From a virus (Duplodnaviria > Caudoviricetes): 27,393 bases of DNA. A model generated the notes under the pieces. The model searched no databases and had not been told where the DNA came from. It saw only the letters and a list, made by a program, of their open reading frames with translations. Below are positions 1-6,787 of this stretch, piece by piece. Position numbers and translations under genes: made by a program. The stretch's first letter is position 1. Each line of letters opens with the position of its first letter. The stretch lies in IMG/VR virus record IMGVR_UViG_3300037499_000222, positions 1 to 27,393 of that record; one strand, 5' to 3'.

Positions 1-1
1 C

Positions 2-142
2 AGCCTGGAACGGAGGATCGCAGAGTTGAAAGAGCTTTACTCAGACCTCATCCCAGCCAATGTGTTCGTGGTGATGGACGGGTTGGCTCAAAGCGAATAC
101 GCGACGCTCAACTCTCTGCCGGAGCTACAGATCCTCTACTAG
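2..142 (+). CDS. 3' end of hypothetical protein (partial, runs off the left edge)
   Basis: Open frame 2 reads SLERRIAELKELYSDLIPANVFVVMDGLAQSEYATLNSLPELQILY to TAG at 140-142; translated by hand. Confidence 0.6.
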   Translation, partial: SLERRIAELKELYSDLIPANVFVVMDGLAQSEYATLNSLPELQILY

Positions 143-234
143 GCTGCCATCAGCCTGGATTGGTCCTCCATGCTACAAGCAAGTCTCATCCGGCGAGGCT
201 TGCTTCATCCCGAATGTTCGAATAAGCTGAGGCT

Positions 235-582
235 GTGGAAGCATCCCATGTTTTCGAGCGTCCGCCTCCTGGCCCAGGGATCGATGATGCTTGGGCCATA
301 ATCAAGCTCAAGAACTCGGCTTTTGGTGTTCCTACGGCGATTGTGGTCGAAGGACATGTCAAATGTGTGATCTGTTCAGGCTTCGCTGAGAACAGGCTGG
401 TCTGTGAGGATTGCACCGAATCGGTCAAGCTGGTTAGGGCCGCAGGCAACATCGGGATACTCAAAGAACTCATCGAGTTTGCTTCCAAGCCTGGGAACAT
501 TGCCATGTTCCAAGCTCTCACCGACGAGGCGATAGGTGAGATCATGCTCAAACGGATCGAAGATGCACGCAGTCGAAGTTGA
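235..582 (+). CDS. hypothetical protein with CxxC...CxxC zinc-ribbon
   Basis: 115-aa ORF, CVIC...CEDC; GTG lies 6 nt after a TAAGCT -10-like hexamer (leaderless). Confidence 0.65.
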   Translation: MEASHVFERPPPGPGIDDAWAIIKLKNSAFGVPTAIVVEGHVKCVICSGFAENRLVCEDCTESVKLVRAAGNIGILKELIEFASKPGNIAMFQALTDEAIGEIMLKRIEDARSRS

Positions 583-1141
583 AACGTTCGTGGTCAGCCG
601 CGACGTGGGATTTCCCGACAAGTGGCAGATCAAGCCCGTGGAAATCTCTGAAGCCTGGAAGACGGTTCTCGGAAACGACTGGGACATCACCATGTCCAGC
701 GACCCCGTATTCGAACCGCTCTACCAGGCGCTACAAGATCGCTGGGAGCAGGCAAGTCGTGATACCGGTTTTGACATCCTCATTTGTGAAGTGCTCGTCG
801 AATACACGTTCTCGGCCCCACCTGGCATCATGGCCCTCCGCTACGGGAGACACGTCTGGGCTGATGATGACCAGTTCTGGTATCTCATGGTGACCTCACC
901 GCGCCGAATCAGCACGGTGGTCAGCGGAGATACGAAAGAATGGAGAGTCGTTGGAGGTTTCGTACGAACGGTTAACATGGTTTCCATTCTCGAAAGGAGC
1001 CATTTTGACCGCCGACAACGCAACCGAGAAGAAAGACGAAGAGCAGAAGAGCACTCCGTCCTCGACGCCAGCATCAGACTTGATCAAGGCCGACTCAGAC
1101 AGCGTCCCTTCCGCAGCGCCTTCCAAAACAGAGAAGGCTAA
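563..1141 (+). CDS. hypothetical protein
   Basis: In-frame ATG at 563 overlaps the upstream gene end; globular-looking N-terminal 140 aa; C-terminal part overlaps the next gene in another frame. Confidence 0.55.
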   Translation: MHAVEVETFVVSRDVGFPDKWQIKPVEISEAWKTVLGNDWDITMSSDPVFEPLYQALQDRWEQASRDTGFDILICEVLVEYTFSAPPGIMALRYGRHVWADDDQFWYLMVTSPRRISTVVSGDTKEWRVVGGFVRTVNMVSILERSHFDRRQRNREERRRAEEHSVLDASIRLDQGRLRQRPFRSAFQNREG

Positions 1142-1196
1142 GGGTCCTACCTACACGCGCAACCCCAAGGGTGGCCCACTCATCACCGAAGAGTGA
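1005..1196 (+). CDS. small low-complexity hypothetical protein (63 aa, TTG start)
   Basis: AAGGAG at 994-999, TTG at 1005, upstream TAACAT -10; its stop overlaps the HNH start (GTGA). Confidence 0.55.
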   Translation: MTADNATEKKDEEQKSTPSSTPASDLIKADSDSVPSAAPSKTEKAKGPTYTRNPKGGPLITEE

Positions 1197-1639
1197 GTCT
1201 TCCCAGACTTTCTGGCCGGGAGGCACGCCGCTTACGCAGACAACTCTGGCATGACCAGAAGAAGCGTTGCTACTGGTGTCGCAAGAAGGTCGTCCTGCCA
1301 GAAGACCTGCTCCGCAAGTACCTTCCCCTGGACTCTCTCTATCAAGAGAGACTGGCAGACCAGTTGGGGCAACTACACGCCCAACTGATGGCCAAAGTGC
1401 CAGAGTTCAGACAACGCTGGCTCAACGATCTCGGGACTCTCGACCATTTGATCGAGCATGCGCGGGGGGGAAGCAACGAACTGACCAACCTCGTGCTGGC
1501 CTGCGCTCCCTGCAACGAGAGTCGTGGTCGAAGATTCAAGTTCTTGCTACTTGAATCTGTCGATAGCTTGTGGTTAGAGTCGCCGGGTGCCGCCAGTGAG
1601 ATCCCCATGATCGTCCCTCCGGTTCAGTTTCTGAACTAA
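1193..1639 (+). CDS. HNH endonuclease
   Basis: RCYWC ... TLDHLIEHARGGSNELTNLVLACAPCNESRG matches the zinc-binding HNH motif (CxxC, DH, GG-N, CxxCN). Confidence 0.9.
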   Translation: MSLPRLSGREARRLRRQLWHDQKKRCYWCRKKVVLPEDLLRKYLPLDSLYQERLADQLGQLHAQLMAKVPEFRQRWLNDLGTLDHLIEHARGGSNELTNLVLACAPCNESRGRRFKFLLLESVDSLWLESPGAASEIPMIVPPVQFLN

Positions 1640-1649
1640 TGCCCCCCCG

Positions 1650-1825
1650 ATGCGTGGCCGCTAAGACTCCTGGTGTGGATAGCCGGGAGAAGGAGAACGC
1701 CACCGGGTGCATGACGTAAGAGCCGGAGATTACAAATTCTTGTGATATTTGTAACTGGGAATCCCCCGCACCATTGATCGGCTAGTGGGAAGACCTCCGG
1801 TCACCAGAGCAGGCTACTGGTGCAG
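1650..1825 (+). other. structured non-coding region (candidate ncRNA or packaging/origin site)
   Basis: Several nested inverted repeats within a 257-bp intergenic gap. Confidence 0.35.
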
Positions 1826-1896
1826 GATGTTCGCACGAACGTTTATCGGACACCCCCTATTATAAGCGCGCGAGCTTGGTGGTAAACTGAATCGGT

Positions 1897-2148
1897 ATGT
1901 CTGGTCAGGTGTGGTGTCGGTACTGCGGGAACTACGGTCTTACCGATCGGATGGTCTGTTCGAACAAGAAGTGCCTGGCGGCGGACCTGACTGACAACCT
2001 CATGCAGTTGCACATCGAAGTTGGCGCAGAGGTGTCAGGGGCGAGTCATACCCGGACTTCCGTGCATGGATATGGTTGGGCCTTGGACGCGGGCACGATC
2101 CATCTGTCTCATTCTCATCAGGCATTCACAGCCGTAAGTGCACCGTGA
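1897..2148 (+). CDS. small zinc-binding hypothetical protein
   Basis: WCRYCG...CSNKKC; ATG lies 8 nt after TGG-TAAACT extended -10. Confidence 0.55.
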   Translation: MSGQVWCRYCGNYGLTDRMVCSNKKCLAADLTDNLMQLHIEVGAEVSGASHTRTSVHGYGWALDAGTIHLSHSHQAFTAVSAP

Positions 2149-2462
2149 ACATTCAACGCATCACCATGACTGGTCCCGATTTCAGAGTCTCCTTCAGTCC
2201 AGCAGATGCGAGCGAAGCGAGGGGGGAGGGGGTCGAGGGGGAACCGCAGGCGTCCTTGACGCCGGAGGGTTCACCCCGTTTCTGGTGCCGATTCTGCGGA
2301 AGATTGCTATCCGAAGCTCTTGGCGAGATGGCCTGTATCACATGCTCATTTACCCACATGCAGCAACAGTTGGAGATCCTGGATATGAAACTGACTGCGG
2401 CTGGGGTCAACCTTGCCGTGGCGATAGGTGGTGTTTTTCGGCTCGAAGCAGCGCCTGGTTGA
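2145..2462 (+). CDS. small zinc-binding hypothetical protein (start uncertain)
   Basis: GTGA overlap with the upstream stop; WCRFCG...CITC motif. Confidence 0.45.
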   Translation: MNIQRITMTGPDFRVSFSPADASEARGEGVEGEPQASLTPEGSPRFWCRFCGRLLSEALGEMACITCSFTHMQQQLEILDMKLTAAGVNLAVAIGGVFRLEAAPG

Positions 2463-2625
2463 AGACGATCGCCTTGTCCAGCCATTCGATACTCGGGTCC
2501 GATTCACGCACGGTTCGGAGTAGGGGTCCGGCGATAGGCGGATTCAACTTTCGGTATAGGTCGGCCAGGATCGAGTAGTAGTCCTCGCGGGTGAGTTGGG
2601 ACATTCTCTGCGGCGCGGTTGCCAT
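2407..2625 (-). CDS. hypothetical protein divergent from the LexA-like gene (alternative start 2706)
   Basis: MATAPQRMSQLTREDYYSILADLYRKLNPP... has a helical protein-like composition; fills the gap between + strand genes; minus-strand TAACCT -10 at 2687-2692. Confidence 0.45.
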   Translation of the reverse strand: MATAPQRMSQLTREDYYSILADLYRKLNPPIAGPLLRTVRESDPSIEWLDKAIVFNQALLRAEKHHLSPRQG

Positions 2626-2704
2626 TTGTTCGTACGCCCATTCCAGGACATCAGCAGGCAGGATGTCTTGAACATTTGTACGAAAGAGGTTAGTGTTGGT
2701 GGGC

Positions 2705-2971
2705 ATGAGTGGGAAGGTGTCTGAAACCAGGTTACGTGTTCTTGAGTTCCTCGTCGGGTATATGGAGAGCCATCGCTCCGCTCCGACCAGAGAAGAGATG
2801 GCTGTTGCGGTTGGTCTTGGTCCACGTTCTAGCATCCAATACCACATCGACTCGCTTGTTGAGGATGGCTATGTGGAACGGACAATCTACAGACATCGGA
2901 TGATTCGCCCTACCGAATCGGGTATCAACGCGATCAAACGACTGAGGATCATTGATGCGAGTGACAGCTAG
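2705..2971 (+). CDS. LexA-type winged-helix DNA-binding protein lacking the S24 peptidase domain
   Basis: RLRVLEFLVGYMESHRSAPTREEMAVAVGLGPRSSIQYHIDSLVEDGYVER matches the LexA N-terminal domain pattern (PT.REI...G..S.s.v..Hl..Le.kGyi.R); only 88 aa. Confidence 0.85.
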   Translation: MSGKVSETRLRVLEFLVGYMESHRSAPTREEMAVAVGLGPRSSIQYHIDSLVEDGYVERTIYRHRMIRPTESGINAIKRLRIIDASDS

Positions 2972-3263
2972 ACGGGGCAGGACCAACACATATGACCCAT
3001 TCCTCGCGAACACCCAATCATTTCAGGCAGCGGCAGTCACTGAGATCATGTTGAAAACATTCGAAGCAGAACTCGATTCTTTGGATGAACTGATTAGGAG
3101 TGACCGGAAGGCTGCTTCTACTGAAGCGCTGCTGCGCCGGTATATGACCGCCGAAGAAATCTACAGGAGCGTCGAAGAGGATTTCCGCCGCATTCAACTG
3201 AAAATGCTGATGCTTTCAGACCGGCTGTCCAACGGACGAAAGGGGGTTGGCGATGGTAAGTGA
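2955..3263 (+). CDS. hypothetical helical/coiled-coil protein
   Basis: ORF with GAGGA RBS, overlapping its neighbours. Confidence 0.65.
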   Translation: MRVTARRGRTNTYDPFLANTQSFQAAAVTEIMLKTFEAELDSLDELIRSDRKAASTEALLRRYMTAEEIYRSVEEDFRRIQLKMLMLSDRLSNGRKGVGDGK

Positions 3264-3465
3264 GTACGTGCGGGTTCATCGTTCTGATCTGGAGAAGATC
3301 AAACATGCCCTCGACAAAGGCCACCTGTATCTGAAACGACTCAACGAAATGAACGCGGCGCTTCATCTGGCAGATCCGTCCTACTCACCGCTGACCACGA
3401 CAATCGACAATGCCCGTGCCCGAGTGGACCAACTGCTCGATGGGGTCAACGTTGAAAAGGACTAA
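3253..3465 (+). CDS. hypothetical protein
   Basis: 70-aa ORF, AGGGGG RBS, tightly packed. Confidence 0.65.
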   Translation: MVSEYVRVHRSDLEKIKHALDKGHLYLKRLNEMNAALHLADPSYSPLTTTIDNARARVDQLLDGVNVEKD

Positions 3466-4069
3466 ACGGCGCATCCTCGTATCGATTGTTGTGCTTCCCG
3501 ATGAGGAAGTTTTGGCAGGAGAGGCAGTTGAGGATGCATACCGTTACGCCGACGAGGTACATGTCATACAGGCAGGCCGGTCGACCCCATCCCGCGCCTT
3601 CGCGGCGATGTCGAGTTTCGTACATGCCATTCCCGTCTCTATGACTTCGCCGCGGGATCGCTCTCTCGCCTACAGGTCGGTATGGCCCACACGTGAATAT
3701 CCCGCAGATGTGGTCATCATGTTCTTAGAAGTCGGGTACAGGGTCAGCGACGCCGACGCAGTACGAACCTCCATCGAATTCAACCCTGGCAAGGTGATCA
3801 CCGCCATGAGGTATTTCCAATGGGACCTCGACTTCTATCGGGTAGATGGTCGTTACCGGCCAGCCCGCCTCCCGGTAGCAGCTAGCGCCAAACAGGGTGT
3901 CCATTGGGTCAGCCCCGTCCAGACCGTTCCCGACTGGATGTGGTCATCCCGTGACGCCTGGGTGGAAGCGAGCTTTGACATTGTGGATGTGACCTTTATG
4001 GATGCTGGCCACAGGTGGGATGACGGCCAACCCAAACTGGAGGCCATGCCGGGAAGGGTGTACGGGTGA
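3452..4069 (+). CDS. glycosyltransferase family 2-like protein, apparently degenerate
   Basis: ILVSIVVLPDEEVLAGEAVEDAYRYADEVHVIQAGRS resembles the GT2 N-terminus; the DxD position reads FLEVGY. Confidence 0.5.
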   Translation: MKRTKRRILVSIVVLPDEEVLAGEAVEDAYRYADEVHVIQAGRSTPSRAFAAMSSFVHAIPVSMTSPRDRSLAYRSVWPTREYPADVVIMFLEVGYRVSDADAVRTSIEFNPGKVITAMRYFQWDLDFYRVDGRYRPARLPVAASAKQGVHWVSPVQTVPDWMWSSRDAWVEASFDIVDVTFMDAGHRWDDGQPKLEAMPGRVYG

Positions 4070-4677
4070 GCACAATCAACGTCGTTGGAGCATCAGGGGC
4101 CGTATTCGAAGTGATCGACGAGGCTGAACGCCAATACTGGAACAAGGCCCGAACCAAATACTTGGAGCAGTTCAGGTTCGACAACATCTCCGACCTCCAG
4201 GACATCGACAAGGTTCTCGTCGGGGAGACCCTCGCATTCCGGTGGGGAAGCTGGCTAGTCCGAGAGGCCGACTACGACGGGCGCTCTATCGAGGAGATGG
4301 CAGACAAGGTCAAGAAACAGAAGAACGAACTGGACCGCGAGACCCGCATCCTCAAAGAGAACATGGGTCTCAATCGCGCTCACCGCCAAGACTCAGAACA
4401 GCAATCGACGGCCGACTATCTCCAAAACCTTCTACGGAGAGGCAAGGAGTTCGGGGTTCATCGCGACAGCCAGATCACAAAAGCCATCGACCTTCTCCAC
4501 GAGTTGTTCACCCAGGTCGGGTTGTGGGAGAGAAGCGACGAGGAGGAGCAGGCTCACCTGAAAGTCAGCGCTGAAGAAATCCTTCGTTGGTGCGTCGAGG
4601 TGGCCAAACCCGAGTTCGAAGAGATCGATGCGGCCTTCAGAAAGAATCAAAAACTGTGGATAAAGGAGGTCTCATGA
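4066..4677 (+). CDS. conserved-looking phage protein, candidate terminase small subunit
   Basis: 203-aa helical protein just upstream of TerL with a central helix pair; function inferred from position only. Confidence 0.5.
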   Translation: MSTINVVGASGAVFEVIDEAERQYWNKARTKYLEQFRFDNISDLQDIDKVLVGETLAFRWGSWLVREADYDGRSIEEMADKVKKQKNELDRETRILKENMGLNRAHRQDSEQQSTADYLQNLLRRGKEFGVHRDSQITKAIDLLHELFTQVGLWERSDEEEQAHLKVSAEEILRWCVEVAKPEFEEIDAAFRKNQKLWIKEVS

Positions 4678-4766
4678 TCGAAGTCTCCCCGCCAGTGTTC
4701 ATCATGCTGATGGGCGGGTTGGGTTTCGTCTGCGGATACGTCTTGGCGTTGCTTATACACCGATAG
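4674..4766 (+). CDS. 30-aa single-pass membrane peptide (absent from ORF track)
   Basis: AAGGAGGT RBS at 4663-4670, ATGA overlap; MIEVSPPVFIMLMGGLGFVCGYVLALLIHR. Confidence 0.7.
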   Translation: MIEVSPPVFIMLMGGLGFVCGYVLALLIHR

Positions 4767-4778
4767 TGCCGCTGACTC

Positions 4779-4805
4779 GTTCGTACGAAGCTATCTTCGT
4801 ACCGA
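4779..4805 (+). promoter_or_regulatory. leaderless promoter with palindromic operator upstream of terL
   Basis: GTTCGTACGAAG at 4779-4790, TATCTT at 4792-4797, ATG at 4806, no RBS. Confidence 0.55.
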
Positions 4806-6410
4806 ATGGCTGTAGCAAGTGTTGCCCTCACTGAGGAAGAGTGCTATCTCCTCGCTCTCATCCAGGACCATTCTGGGATCGACTTGGCCGAGTTCCTCTG
4901 GGAGGACCCGACCGCTGAAAACGAGGAGAACCTTTTCCGCGCGTGGGAATATCAAGTGCCGTGGTGGCGCAAAGCTTCACGTCTTTTCATCGACGCCTGT
5001 GCCAGGGCGGTTGGGAAAACACATTCGATCATCCTCCGAGCTTGGGCTTTCGCCATCCAGTTCCCCGGCTTCGAGATGGTGCTTACCGCACCCGAACTAA
5101 TCCACCTCAACCCGCTCACCTCCAGAGTCGAAGACAAGATCAAAGAAATCAGACTGACCAGAGAACTCCTACCTGGAGGGGTGGGACGGGGGTTCACCCA
5201 CCGGCCGTTCCAGGTCAACTTTGTCAACGGGACGAAACTGCTTGGACGTATCCCCCAGAAGGACGGCAAAGGGGTCAAAGGTCTCCACCCTCTGCGGTTG
5301 GAGATGGATGAAGCTCAAGACTATCCCGAACCCGGTTGGACAGAACTCATCGAGACCCTCCGTTATGGCCAGGAGCAAGCCCAATGGCGGGCACATGGCG
5401 TGTCCAAAGGGATTGGAGGCCAATTCCAGAAGGTGTCCTCGCCGGGATCAGGGTGGGAGGTTGAGAGGATCACGGCTGTCCACCGCACAGACTGGTCGGA
5501 TGCGGAACGAGATGACAAGATCAAGCTCTATGGCGGGCGTGACTCACCCGACTATCTACGCAACATCCTTGGCCTGCATGGTGACGCCACCAATCCACTG
5601 TTCGTCCTCCACCGGCTGATGGCCTGCGTCGACGACAACGAAGGCTCCACCTATAACCAGGACCTCTACTACAAGAGACGCATCAACGACGAGATGATCG
5701 CCGGACGCGACATTCTCGACCTGATCGACCCGCCACGCATTCACACCCAGGACTGGAAGATCTTCTGGATGGGGATGGACGTGGGACTCACCAACCACCC
5801 CTCCGAGATTCTTATCTTCGGGGAGGAGAACCTCAAGCTCAAAAACTTGGAGACCCGAGTTGCCCTCCGACTTCTGACCAGGGTCAACTTGCGTCGTATC
5901 CGTGCCTCCGACCAGAGACGAGTTGTCGTCCACCTGATGCACTTCTACAAGCCACGCAAATTCGCTATCGACCGGACGGGTCTTGGGCACCCCGTCTACC
6001 AAGATCTCCAAGACGAGAACCCTGATCTCATGTCGCTCATCGACGGGTATGCCTTCAATGAGAAGCTCGTCGTCGGACATGAGGACTACGACGAGGGCGA
6101 GAGGCCAGAGGATCATGAGATCAAACGAGTCGCCCAAGAACACGCATACGACCTACTTCGAACATATGTGGATGGACGGCGGCTCATTCTGCCGTTCGAT
6201 ACCGAACTGTTGGGAGAATGGAATGGCCAGACCTGGATACGCGAGACGGTCACCACGCGGGATGCGTACGGTAAAAGACGGTTTGCTCAGGGCGCATTCC
6301 ACACTCTCGATGCGGGGGGTATGGCTGTTCTCGCCAAGGAGATGACTGCCTTCCGTAAGGTCCAGGAAATGACAGAAGAGTCCGAACCAATAGGCGTTGT
6401 CTTCGCTTAG
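4806..6410 (+). CDS. terL: terminase large subunit
   Basis: Walker A ARAVGKT, Walker B LEMDEAQD, RNase H-like nuclease GMDVG and FAIDRTGLG, C-terminal HTLDA. Confidence 0.93.
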   Translation: MAVASVALTEEECYLLALIQDHSGIDLAEFLWEDPTAENEENLFRAWEYQVPWWRKASRLFIDACARAVGKTHSIILRAWAFAIQFPGFEMVLTAPELIHLNPLTSRVEDKIKEIRLTRELLPGGVGRGFTHRPFQVNFVNGTKLLGRIPQKDGKGVKGLHPLRLEMDEAQDYPEPGWTELIETLRYGQEQAQWRAHGVSKGIGGQFQKVSSPGSGWEVERITAVHRTDWSDAERDDKIKLYGGRDSPDYLRNILGLHGDATNPLFVLHRLMACVDDNEGSTYNQDLYYKRRINDEMIAGRDILDLIDPPRIHTQDWKIFWMGMDVGLTNHPSEILIFGEENLKLKNLETRVALRLLTRVNLRRIRASDQRRVVVHLMHFYKPRKFAIDRTGLGHPVYQDLQDENPDLMSLIDGYAFNEKLVVGHEDYDEGERPEDHEIKRVAQEHAYDLLRTYVDGRRLILPFDTELLGEWNGQTWIRETVTTRDAYGKRRFAQGAFHTLDAGGMAVLAKEMTAFRKVQEMTEESEPIGVVFA

Positions 6411-6430
6411 GTGGGGCTAGCATCGTTCGC

Positions 6431-6787
6431 ATGAAGGTTAGGGTTGGATCGGACGGTCCCCATATCGCTCCATCTGAACGGGTCACACCGGCAGTGCTCG
6501 GATTGCCCGATGTTCCAGACCTGGAAGATGAACTGGACGCCATGATCTCGGACATGCAGGGTCTCACGCTCGAACTACCCGACGAAGTGATCCAAACCTG
6601 TGCAGCGCTGATGGCCCGATGCACAGAACTACATGTCCGCATGGTCCGTGTCGAAGGGGGAAGCCGCCACATGCGATGGGTGCGGACCCAGCAACTGACC
6701 AAAGTCATGGAACTCATCGAATTCACCTACAGGGCGGCAAGCCGTCTAGTTGAAATCCGCCGACAAGACGCCGAGTTGAGTCGATGA
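6431..6787 (+). CDS. hypothetical helical protein between terL and portal
   Basis: 118-aa ORF, leaderless TAGCAT-7nt-ATG, ATGA overlap with the portal gene. Confidence 0.7.
   Translation: MKVRVGSDGPHIAPSERVTPAVLGLPDVPDLEDELDAMISDMQGLTLELPDEVIQTCAALMARCTELHVRMVRVEGGSRHMRWVRTQQLTKVMELIEFTYRAASRLVEIRRQDAELSR

Noticed and set aside
1640-1896. Possible tRNA or CRISPR mini-array in the long intergenic gap
   Set aside because: No cloverleaf with T-loop GTTCRA and acceptor stem; no regularly spaced direct repeats
6157-6175. TCGAACATATGTGG SOS-like half site inside terL
   Set aside because: The right half-site is broken and there is no nearby promoter
4806-6410. Intein or intron in terL, portal or capsid genes
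   Set aside because: Lengths are normal, frames are uninterrupted, and no C...HN intein boundaries were seen
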